From a virus, in the IMG/VR virus record IMGVR_UViG_3300022821_000014, positions 1-64,000 of that record: a stretch of DNA of 64,000 nucleotides, one strand, 5' to 3'. The notes beneath the pieces are model-generated. The model was not told where the DNA came from. It made no database searches and saw only the letters and a list, made by a program, of their open reading frames with translations. Positions 55,916 through 64,000 of the stretch are shown piece after piece (within the stretch, counting starts at the first letter, position 1; every line of letters starts with the position of its first letter). The position numbers and the translations under genes were made by a program.

Positions 55916-57654
55916 ACTTCAACGACAACATCTTCTTCGGTGAGGTGTTGAGCTTCGACCCAGCTTCTATTTGAAGTTAGAATCTCATGGTTCTTGGTAC
56001 ATCTAATCACCTTACCGTTGTCGAGTTCAAGTTCAATACATTCTTCATCGATGTCATATGTCATAGTGTTTTCCACAGATTGTTCATTACCAAATGCGTC
56101 TATTACTTTATCGCTGATGATGATATCTTGAATTTTGGCATGCAACCCATCCGCCATTTTCACACGAGACCCTGGGAGAAAGCATCCTCGGGCGTTTCCA
56201 ATCAGCATGTGTTCACTTACAATCTCCATAATTTTGGAGTACGTGAGGAAATACTTTGAGAAGTTCAGATGCTTGATGACCTTCAGCTCGTGCTTGAGTC
56301 GGGCAATGTACTCCTGGTTTTCAGCAAACCCTCTGCGTTTTATACCTGCAATTGCCTGACGCTTCAGTTCCTGAAAAGCAACCTGGTCTTCGGTCGCCTC
56401 GGTCCCAACCTTATCATAGATTGTTTCCAACTCAAACTTATCTACCATGCGACTGATCGATGGTAGTTTTACAGAACGATCTGGCGTGATATCATCAATC
56501 TGGTCGTGAGCAATTGTGTGTGTTCGTTCAATAGCCTCGCACACCAGATCGTCATCATAGAAATCCCAGCCCTTGCCTTCCTTATACCTGTGGTATGATT
56601 CCCAAACCTGCTCGGCATTCTTTGGATAAAGTTCACATTTCAACTCTTCCATCTTCTGCGGGAGTTTGGAAGTATCCAAGCCTTGGCCTCTGGAAGACCA
56701 CGCCATCATCTTGTAAATCTCACGCTGCTTCCAGTGGTCTGGGTGAGAGTAGTGTGCATCCACTGTTACAACAAGCTTAGTATTTGTACGCTTACTCGCT
56801 TCAATGAGATGTTGGTTTACAAGATGCTGCGCTCCCAGGGAGTTGAACTGAAGTTCGAGATAATAATTCTCTTCACCAAGAGCCCACTTGAAGCCATCAA
56901 CAACCTTTTTCAATTCCTGTTGAATCTCATCAAAGTGCAGGTCATTGGGCTCCCAGTTCTCGAAGTTTGGGTCTTTCTGTCGGTCAAATACCTTCCGTGC
57001 GGGTACTCCACCTACACATGCCGTTAGAGCAATGATGTTACCCTTTGCGTACTTCTTGAGCATCTCCAGGTCCATCCTGGGGTAGCGATAAAAGCCATCA
57101 ACGTAAGACTCAGAAACAAGCTGGTTAAGTGCTGTAAGGCCCTCACGGTTTTTTGGAAGTAAAACAAGGTGATTTCTCTGGTTCAGAGGGTCGCCATATT
57201 TATTGCCCTTCGTTTCTTCCTCGTTTTCTACTACCGTGCCCGCAACCGTATCTTCCAAATCAAGTTTTGTTGAGGCATATGCATCCCCAAGAAGCTCTAG
57301 ATGTCTCTTGAGCTGGTCCTTAGCATCGACATTACCCTTCTTTACTAGCTTCTCTAGACGCTTGATTTCTCTACGGCCATCATAAATTTCCTGCCATCGT
57401 GGAAGTGAATCAATGAAGTAAGCTTCAATGCCTGGCAGTGCCTTGAAGTTCACGCCCTTCTTTACCAGTTTTTCATGGTGAAAAAACTGGTGTGAATAAC
57501 CATTCATGTTGCCATGGTCTGTAAGCGCCAGGGCATCCATTCCGTTATCAATGGCATAATTGATATGATCTTGCGGCATGCCGATTGCATCACCAATCGA
57601 AAACGTACTGTGGGAATGCAATCCCACAAACTTCTTAGGGTATTTCTTATTCAT
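55912..57654 (-). CDS. dnaE: DNA polymerase III alpha, N-terminal (PHP) half with 90-aa split-intein N fragment
   Basis: LHSHSTFS, ALTDHG, DAHY, YFL...GNARG|CFLPGSRVKMADG...CTKNHEILT..WVEAQHL. Confidence 0.92.
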   Translation of the reverse strand: MNKKYPKKFVGLHSHSTFSIGDAIGMPQDHINYAIDNGMDALALTDHGNMNGYSHQFFHHEKLVKKGVNFKALPGIEAYFIDSLPRWQEIYDGRREIKRLEKLVKKGNVDAKDQLKRHLELLGDAYASTKLDLEDTVAGTVVENEEETKGNKYGDPLNQRNHLVLLPKNREGLTALNQLVSESYVDGFYRYPRMDLEMLKKYAKGNIIALTACVGGVPARKVFDRQKDPNFENWEPNDLHFDEIQQELKKVVDGFKWALGEENYYLELQFNSLGAQHLVNQHLIEASKRTNTKLVVTVDAHYSHPDHWKQREIYKMMAWSSRGQGLDTSKLPQKMEELKCELYPKNAEQVWESYHRYKEGKGWDFYDDDLVCEAIERTHTIAHDQIDDITPDRSVKLPSISRMVDKFELETIYDKVGTEATEDQVAFQELKRQAIAGIKRRGFAENQEYIARLKHELKVIKHLNFSKYFLTYSKIMEIVSEHMLIGNARGCFLPGSRVKMADGLHAKIQDIIISDKVIDAFGNEQSVENTMTYDIDEECIELELDNGKVIRCTKNHEILTSNRSWVEAQHLTEEDVVVEV

Positions 57655-57722
57655 TAATAACTTTCATGTGAAGGGACTGGCCACAATCCCAAATCTTATA
57701 TAGGCCTTTTTTATAACCAGAG

Positions 57723-58094
57723 TTACTTCGAAACTTCATACGATGGAAGCATGGGCGCTAAAAGTAAAGATTCACTTCCTTCCGTTGCCGCCAGATACAA
57801 GTGAATAACTTGTTCGCCATATAAAAACGACCTCCCTATATAAGGGAGGTTGAATAATGTGGTGCACCTTGTGCTAGCCAGGTACATTAGCAGGTCTCCA
57901 TGCTTTAGTTTAAATTCAAAGGGGCGGTTTTTCGATTCGACGTGCAGGAACGACTCGTGTAGTACTACTCCGTTTGCTTCACATGTTCTGAACTCGGCTT
58001 CTGATATCTCAAATTGCATCTGGGCATTATAGGTCTTGAAATCATGTTTAACACGATACAACTTGCCCTTACAGAACATAACACATTGTGACAT
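57723..58094 (-). CDS. hypothetical protein
   Basis: 123-aa ORF. Confidence 0.5.
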   Translation of the reverse strand: MSQCVMFCKGKLYRVKHDFKTYNAQMQFEISEAEFRTCEANGVVLHESFLHVESKNRPFEFKLKHGDLLMYLASTRCTTLFNLPYIGRSFLYGEQVIHLYLAATEGSESLLLAPMLPSYEVSK

Positions 58095-58153
58095 GCCCGC
58101 ATCTAGGTTTAAACCAATTTGGTAAATTTGAAAACGCCCGAGTCGGGAGATAT

Positions 58154-59062
58154 TCAGATATTTCTTGGCATTATAGCGGTAGGCCCGTTGAATAGCTCAG
58201 CTGGCCAGAGATTGCTTCGAATGGCAAACACTCGTGTACGATCGTATCTATTTCCACCATCAACTGTGTCATGCCATCTGCCATAATTGGTTGTCCCTAA
58301 CGTCTTGATAAGCCTTTTAGGCCATTCAGAAGATGCATCGGGCCGTGAGGCTTGTAATCTTATTCGACCCATACTAGGGGCATTTACGGAAAACGAGTGG
58401 TATACGTTCCAAGCTAGGTCATGCTCAGCCGAAATATTTTTCCCGAACTCGATTGCTGTCGGGTGTTCGAGACCAACTGTCTCTTTATACGCAGCAGATT
58501 CTACTCTTTGATTTCCTTTGACTAGAGACTCAATTGCCGAGTCAATCTGAACTTGGTAAGTTACCTCATCTGCAAACAAATCGTGGAAAAGAACAGCCCA
58601 CATTTCCGCCTTTTCCCACTTGGGACCTTTACGTGGAACACGTCCACCTGGAGGGGCTACCAGATCCCGAATTTCGGCGCCTGTTATTAAGCGGCCTGTT
58701 TCCCAGTGTCGGAGAGAACCATCTTGAGCAATGTACTTCTTGTCTCTTTTTAGTTCACTCCAAAGATTATCCAGAGCTTGACATGGAGCATGAAGTTCAA
58801 ACTCACGAAGCAAACGCCAAATTGAGCCTTGTTTCATTGAACGTGGATATACACCAATTTTATGTTCTAGACCAGCTGATATCCCTGCGCCGTCATAGGA
58901 CTGCACTGCGCCGAACTTACCACCACCTTCAGCCATAGCTGTTAGCCAAAGCCCACGCCATATGTGACGCTTTTTTTGCTCATCCGTAAGAACGAAATCT
59001 TTGATGCCCAAAATTTTCGCTCCCGACCAAGACCTATACTTTCTCCAGCTAACTTTTGTCAT
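58154..59062 (-). CDS. possible lysozyme-like peptidoglycan hydrolase
   Basis: AEGGGKFGAVQSYDGAGISAG resembles the lysozyme-fold E...(N/Q)xYD...S.G motif. Confidence 0.45.
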   Translation of the reverse strand: MTKVSWRKYRSWSGAKILGIKDFVLTDEQKKRHIWRGLWLTAMAEGGGKFGAVQSYDGAGISAGLEHKIGVYPRSMKQGSIWRLLREFELHAPCQALDNLWSELKRDKKYIAQDGSLRHWETGRLITGAEIRDLVAPPGGRVPRKGPKWEKAEMWAVLFHDLFADEVTYQVQIDSAIESLVKGNQRVESAAYKETVGLEHPTAIEFGKNISAEHDLAWNVYHSFSVNAPSMGRIRLQASRPDASSEWPKRLIKTLGTTNYGRWHDTVDGGNRYDRTRVFAIRSNLWPAELFNGPTAIMPRNI

Positions 59063-59525
59063 TTCCTAATTTTACCTTGTTGAATTGTTTCAAAATGGCT
59101 TTATTGGACATTTGGACAATGTTGACCCAACCAAACTTGTCCCCAAAACCAATATACAACATTCCAGAGTAAACTGTGTCCTTGGACTTGTAACGGATAC
59201 AGACACTATTCGTATTCCAATAACTGCGTTTTGTGCTAACAACAGTGTAGCCTTTTTTTACCAAATTGGCTGCCGCTGCTTTCTTTGATGCAACACAGAC
59301 CAAATTGGTCTTAGTGCCCTCTGACTCCCATAAATCCGCTTTAAGGAATATAACATAATCACCATGTTGAATTTTTGTGTGATTTCTACGCCACTCGGCC
59401 TTTTGTTCCTTGTATAGGTATCGAAAGCGCCCTTGAAAAGAGTATAGCTTACCTGGTACAAGACCAAGGTCTTCTAAATCTGTGATTCTTTTTTTTCGCT
59501 GTTTTCTCTTACGGCGGTCGGTCAT
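59049..59525 (-). CDS. hypothetical protein
   Basis: 158-aa basic ORF. Confidence 0.5.
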   Translation of the reverse strand: MTDRRKRKQRKKRITDLEDLGLVPGKLYSFQGRFRYLYKEQKAEWRRNHTKIQHGDYVIFLKADLWESEGTKTNLVCVASKKAAAANLVKKGYTVVSTKRSYWNTNSVCIRYKSKDTVYSGMLYIGFGDKFGWVNIVQMSNKAILKQFNKVKLGNDKS

Positions 59526-59599
59526 GATAAGAGTTTGCTCTTCTTGTTGACCCTTGTACAGAGCCCTGATTTATGAGTTAGAGAGCAGGTTTTATATCG

Positions 59600-60355
59600 T
59601 CACAACGACTCCAAATATGCTGGGTTCGTTGTTGTGCCTCTTCTGTAACAATAGAAAGGCATCTTGAGAACCGATGTTCGTTGAAGTAGAAGTGTCATCT
59701 TCGTGTTAAAGTCACTATCTTCGGCTTTCTGACACCTTAGTCCCAAGTTACCTGGCATGAACTTCATGCCATGATCCCAGAGCTGCCTGTAGAAAAGTGC
59801 TGATGCGCCATGCGTCTCGAAGCTTGGACCTACGTAGTAGTGGTTGATGCCACCCGTTTTGAATCCCGTAAAAACGTGCTGCACGACTGCGGAATGTGGC
59901 ATGATGTCTGACTCGGTTGGCCCGTCTGAATCTACTAAAACTGCCTGTGCTTTATCCATTTCCTCTTGTGTCCCACAATTAGCAAAACCGCATAGTGTAT
60001 GATGGCTTTTCATTTTCTGAAGGGTTTTTACCTGCCACTCCAGCCTTTGCGGACATGAAGCATCATCAGCATCTTGAGTTGTCACTAAGTCACCAGTCGC
60101 TTTGGCATCGATGCCATGGTTCAGTGCGAACCACTTTCCACGATTACTAGGGAGGAAAATTGGCTCAACAATTCGGTCATCAAGAGTGACGAGTTTATTA
60201 ATCACCTCACGTGAGTTGTCGTTGGAACAATCATCTACGATGATCACTTCAACATTTTTGTATGTCTGGTTCAAAACGGACGTGACGGCTTGTTCAATGA
60301 ATTGTGCATGATTGAAATTGGCTACGATCACCGAAATTTTAGGCGTGTCAGTCAT
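59600..60355 (-). CDS. GT2 glycosyltransferase
   Basis: ISVIVANFN, SVLNQTY, IVDDCSND, QDADD, EDSDF. Confidence 0.9.
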   Translation of the reverse strand: MTDTPKISVIVANFNHAQFIEQAVTSVLNQTYKNVEVIIVDDCSNDNSREVINKLVTLDDRIVEPIFLPSNRGKWFALNHGIDAKATGDLVTTQDADDASCPQRLEWQVKTLQKMKSHHTLCGFANCGTQEEMDKAQAVLVDSDGPTESDIMPHSAVVQHVFTGFKTGGINHYYVGPSFETHGASALFYRQLWDHGMKFMPGNLGLRCQKAEDSDFNTKMTLLLQRTSVLKMPFYCYRRGTTTNPAYLESL

Positions 60356-60374
60356 TTATCACATCCTTCCTGCT

Positions 60375-61400
60375 TTAAATGTTTTGGGCATGTTTCTTAC
60401 ACCATTCCAAAATAATTTTGGGTGGACGAGCTTCGAGGGTGACTGAATTGGTTCTATTACCTTGCCATGGAGTATGGAAAATATGCCCGCCTGTTTCTGT
60501 AGCAAGTTTATCAGACAATACCCTAATCTCCTCATCAGTGACTTCGTCCAGGCTCTTGTCGGCAAAGAATGGGTTCCAATCTTCCTTTTTCTTCTCGTTG
60601 TAAAGTGTAAGCCACGAACCATTCCAGAAGTGCTTGAACTTCAAGATTTTGCTCTCTATGGAAAACCAGGAGAAGTGGTAAACGGTTGGTAGATGACCAA
60701 CTATCATATTGAACCACATCTGGTATTGCTTGGCAGCGGCTTCATCAGTGACTGCGAGCTGTCGCATTTTTTCTACATCTTGGGTCATGAAGTTTGAGGA
60801 TACAATAACCTTACCCGTACTTTTGTCGATGTAATCACAGCCGTCTGTTCCACGCTGCGCATACAAAAGACCATCTTCCGTCTTGCGCAGATGTTTAGGA
60901 ATGCCGTGAGTGATATTTGGCAAATTCTTGCTAAGGCGCCATTTCCAAGGGTTTACATCAACCCTTACTTTGTCAAGACTGCCCCAATATTCAACAACTG
61001 GAAGGCACATCACTGGAGCCTTGTCTATATGTTCAGCCGCTTGTTCGATAAGATTTTCAAGCTTTGCACGAATTCCTTCTTCGGCGATCTCATCCACATC
61101 TTGCTGCCACAAGTAGTCACCTGTGCACTTGGATCGTGCGAGAGCTTTCATCTGACCATCATATATGCCGTGGTTGGGTGCATCCCAGGGGACATCCACG
61201 TGATATACAAAGAGATGATCAAATTCGTTCATCAACTCTTCTAGTTTAGCCATTGTACCATCGTCCTTGTCTGAGGAATCTCCGACAACAACCTCGTCGC
61301 AGAAAGCAAGCATGCTTCGGATTGCTTCCTCGAAAGGGTAATTCATTTCTACACAGCACCGTGTAGTGGTGTAGCCTGAGATCTTCATATAGTTTGCCAC
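60375..61400 (-). CDS. GT-A glycosyltransferase
   Basis: YPFEEAIRSML.FCDEVVV, ARSKCTGDYLWQQDVDE, VYHFSW. Confidence 0.8.
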   Translation of the reverse strand: MANYMKISGYTTTRCCVEMNYPFEEAIRSMLAFCDEVVVGDSSDKDDGTMAKLEELMNEFDHLFVYHVDVPWDAPNHGIYDGQMKALARSKCTGDYLWQQDVDEIAEEGIRAKLENLIEQAAEHIDKAPVMCLPVVEYWGSLDKVRVDVNPWKWRLSKNLPNITHGIPKHLRKTEDGLLYAQRGTDGCDYIDKSTGKVIVSSNFMTQDVEKMRQLAVTDEAAAKQYQMWFNMIVGHLPTVYHFSWFSIESKILKFKHFWNGSWLTLYNEKKKEDWNPFFADKSLDEVTDEEIRVLSDKLATETGGHIFHTPWQGNRTNSVTLEARPPKIILEWCKKHAQNI

Positions 61401-61416
61401 CGTTTCACATAAAGGA

Positions 61417-61443
61417 TGCCCTAAGGAGGGCTTCCTTAGGGCA
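61417..61443 (-). terminator. stem-loop, possible terminator
   Basis: TGCCCTAAGGA-GGGCT-TCCTTAGGGCA; weak U-tract. Confidence 0.5.
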
Positions 61444-61484
61444 GTGTATGTTTTTCTTTGTGAGTTGTAAGTCTCAGATTATCT

Positions 61485-61721
61485 TTATTTTTTTCTCTTC
61501 ATTTTATATCGGTACCTAACAGCACAAACTACTCGAAACAACAACCTCAGGAGAACTCCAATACCAAATATACAGGAGGCGGCGAAATTGATAACGGAAA
61601 ACCCTGGGGTTGCCAGGAGTGACATCGCAATGGCTAGGTTGTAAATTCCTATAACGAATAGAGGAATCTCCCAACTCCCAAAGACATACTCATTGAGATT
61701 ACTTATGTGATTTTGCGACAT
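61485..61721 (-). CDS. small two-TM membrane protein
   Basis: start moved to MSQNHIS; two hydrophobic helices and a basic tail. Confidence 0.55.
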   Translation of the reverse strand: MSQNHISNLNEYVFGSWEIPLFVIGIYNLAIAMSLLATPGFSVINFAASCIFGIGVLLRLLFRVVCAVRYRYKMKRKK

Positions 61722-61722
61722 C

Positions 61723-62625
61723 CTAGGGGCAGTGAACGGTGAATTTGTACGGGCAGAACCGACAGGACCATTTGTTTTTGACTGCTCGGCCAGAAATAAT
61801 CTGATTGATGGCGTCATGCACATTTGTAAGAGCCTTCTCGACTGTCTTGGGTCCTGCCGAGATTGGCAGGAAGATAATGCGACTACCATCTTTAGCAGGC
61901 CGACGGCGAAGAAGAACGAACCCACAACGGGCGTCTTTTAGATCAATACCGTGCTTTGAACACCAGAAATACTTATAGAGGATGATCTGCATCTGCTTTT
62001 GGAACGAACGTATTTGCTCAGCACGCCAGCCCCAATTAGTTGTCTTCCAATCGAGAATCCAATAGACATATTCTCCAGGAACGGTTTCACCCTTGAGTCC
62101 ACTGAGTCGGTTCTTCTTCCCAGCCTTCTTTTTCGGAACCTTGATTACTAGGTCGATAAAACCCTTGAAATGTTTATTAACCTGACCCTCGATTGGCTCA
62201 AATAGCTTTTCCTCAGCTGATACCAATTTCCAACCTGGAAATTCTTCATCGAGCCATTGGGGCGTTTTCTCAAGAATACCAGGCATGGCATCGATGAACT
62301 CTTGAGCTGACTCGGAATCCACTGCCTTTTCGCTAAAGAGTAATTTTCCGAGGCGTTCTTGAAACTCAGCTACACACTCTTCAAGAGGTGGAACTGTGCC
62401 CGTTAGGACATATTGCTCCATAGCACCGTGCATGACCTGGCCGAATTCGGTGTGGATGGAAGGCCCGTCCATATTCAGCTTCTTCACATGCTTCAATTTG
62501 TGCATGTGTGAACAATCCATCCAGTTGGCAATCTCCGAATAGGAGATATGCCACTTCTGCGTTGGTAGTACCGTTTTATCTTCAAAAAGAGGGAGTTGTA
62601 TCTTATCTTGGTTCTTATCGGCCAT
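61723..62625 (-). CDS. PD-(D/E)xK exonuclease (RecB/Cas4-like)
   Basis: ISYSE...C, FGQVMH, KGFIDLV, ILDWKT, Q..LY, CRFCPY...CP. Confidence 0.85.
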   Translation of the reverse strand: MADKNQDKIQLPLFEDKTVLPTQKWHISYSEIANWMDCSHMHKLKHVKKLNMDGPSIHTEFGQVMHGAMEQYVLTGTVPPLEECVAEFQERLGKLLFSEKAVDSESAQEFIDAMPGILEKTPQWLDEEFPGWKLVSAEEKLFEPIEGQVNKHFKGFIDLVIKVPKKKAGKKNRLSGLKGETVPGEYVYWILDWKTTNWGWRAEQIRSFQKQMQIILYKYFWCSKHGIDLKDARCGFVLLRRRPAKDGSRIIFLPISAGPKTVEKALTNVHDAINQIISGRAVKNKWSCRFCPYKFTVHCP

Positions 62626-63577
62626 TTCGGTATCCAATTTTGCAGTTCTCTCGGAACTCATCTAGTGTCAATGCATTTGAGTAGGAGAATGCGCTCTGTA
62701 GGCCACCCCTAATCTGCTGAACCACCTCTGCGACGTGCTGGCCGACAGGCATTGCCATTGTCTTACCTTCAGGTGTCGGCAGCTCATCTCCACTACGAAT
62801 TTCTCTCATGGCGTCAGCAGATGCCATACCCCGATAAAGCCCTGGATGGGGTGCCTCGGGGCACGAGGCGAACATCCGCCCACTCATAACGAGGTGGGCC
62901 CCAAGGCCGAGGGCCTTAGCAATATCTCCAATCTCACGGACTCCGCCATCAGCGATTATTCTGATATCTGGTCTGTTTAGTTCCTTGATACCTCGTACAA
63001 CGTTTTCGATTGCTGTCACTTGGGGTACAGTAACACCCGTGACGTTCTTTGTCGTGCATGCGGCACCTGGGCCAATACCAACCTTTACAGCGTTGGCGCC
63101 CCATGCAACAAGCGCAGCGGCCCCTTCATCAGTTGCTACATTTCCTGCTACAATATAGGGTTCGTCTCCGTAGTTAGACCTAAGGTGGCCCAGGATACTT
63201 TTCATTAGGTGATGGTGCCCATGGGCGATATCAATGATGAAGTGCTTTGCACCTGCCGTATGAAGCTCGTGAAAACGTTCCCGTGCATCCCCTGCTACAC
63301 CAATTGAGACAAAACAAGGTCTGCCTTGCACTTTTGTATACTCTTCTACAGCGTCACCGATTGATAGAAAGCGATGAATCGCTCCGATTCCACCAGCATC
63401 AGCCATCGCCAGTGCCATTGATCCATTCGTAACTGTATCCATATTTGCAGAAATCACTGGTACGTCAATGATGTTTTTGTGGTGCGCTGGATCTAATACA
63501 CATGCGGTATTCACCTGAGACCGTGAGGTCACAGAGGAGTATTGGGGTACGATGTATACGTCTTTGTATTCTGTCAT
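62615..63577 (-). CDS. IMP dehydrogenase / GMP reductase family (no CBS domain)
   Basis: SANMDTVT, IDIAHGH, AGNVAT, KVGIGPGAACTT, IADGG, YRGMAS. Confidence 0.9.
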   Translation of the reverse strand: MTEYKDVYIVPQYSSVTSRSQVNTACVLDPAHHKNIIDVPVISANMDTVTNGSMALAMADAGGIGAIHRFLSIGDAVEEYTKVQGRPCFVSIGVAGDARERFHELHTAGAKHFIIDIAHGHHHLMKSILGHLRSNYGDEPYIVAGNVATDEGAAALVAWGANAVKVGIGPGAACTTKNVTGVTVPQVTAIENVVRGIKELNRPDIRIIADGGVREIGDIAKALGLGAHLVMSGRMFASCPEAPHPGLYRGMASADAMREIRSGDELPTPEGKTMAMPVGQHVAEVVQQIRGGLQSAFSYSNALTLDEFRENCKIGYRNGR

Positions 63578-64000
63578 TTATCTAGTGTTTTCCAAAAGAA
63601 TGCTGTGCGGCCTCTAAGGTGTTGTTCAGTTTCATCAACCGAACCAACGAACCATCCCTCATCCTTGTGCTGCACGTTCTCACTTAGAATACACTCTAAG
63701 CCCATAAGTTTGGACTCAATTACGACCCGTGGGCATGTGTCATGCCCTGCTGGCCTGAATACCAGGCCTTTAAACCCACTCAATTTCCGCAAGAAAGCAG
63801 CTGGAGGAAGTCCACCAACAACCTCATATTTCATGCCTTTTTCTTCACACCATTTCTTTGTTTCCTCTTCCGCCTTGATCCAAGAATATCCACCAAGAAC
63901 TGCCCAGGTCTCTGTAGGACTTCGTGTCTCTCTGAGACCCGCTAACATGTCAAGCGTCTCACTTTTGAATGTGGAAGTCTGAACTATGAAATTTGTTGGC
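63574..64000 (-). CDS. glycosyltransferase-like protein, partial (5' end outside the window)
   Basis: frame open to the window edge; SWIK...GLVFRPAGHDTCPRVVIESKLMG GT-B-like motif. Confidence 0.65.
   Translation of the reverse strand, partial: PTNFIVQTSTFKSETLDMLAGLRETRSPTETWAVLGGYSWIKAEEETKKWCEEKGMKYEVVGGLPPAAFLRKLSGFKGLVFRPAGHDTCPRVVIESKLMGLECILSENVQHKDEGWFVGSVDETEQHLRGRTAFFWKTLDK

Noticed and set aside
61723-62625. Cas4 as evidence of a CRISPR-Cas system
   Set aside because: Stand-alone PD-(D/E)xK exonucleases are common in phages; no array or other cas genes were seen.
1-64000. tRNA, rRNA or CRISPR arrays
   Set aside because: The intergenic gaps I examined are short and mostly filled by micro-ORFs; no cloverleaf or repeat-spacer pattern was recognised by eye.

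Overview
This is a 64-kb segment of a large T4-like (myovirus-type) phage genome using the standard genetic code, with most genes on the minus strand. The left end (0.5-19 kb) is a tail/baseplate module: hub-like protein, LysM protein, tube-initiator-like protein, tape measure, and a tail-assembly chaperone with a frameshift extension. An accessory island interrupts this module. The middle (19-32 kb) holds glyco/methyl-transferases, ThyX, a run of enzymes sharing an N-terminal 'LxxLIxE..LxE' leader, and two lipoprotein serine proteases. The right part (32-64 kb) is a replication/nucleotide module: class II RNR with an intein, helicase, 5'-3' exonuclease, dUTPase, RecA, SSB, DnaE, an IMPDH/GMPR-family enzyme and glycosyltransferases. 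Both recA and dnaE are fractured into two genes by split inteins, with an endonuclease gene between the halves; the RecA N-intein is only 14 aa. The most unusual signal is a family of tiny, mostly unannotated ORFs sharing a ~14-aa N-terminal helix (M[TS]xx[ED]xR[KR][LI]IAxY). Several are fused to short pieces resembling the gp23-type major capsid protein, including its Gol region, and two further genes look like free-standing capsid A-domain paralogues. No tRNA, rRNA or CRISPR array was seen. All family calls come from motif recognition by eye, with no database search.
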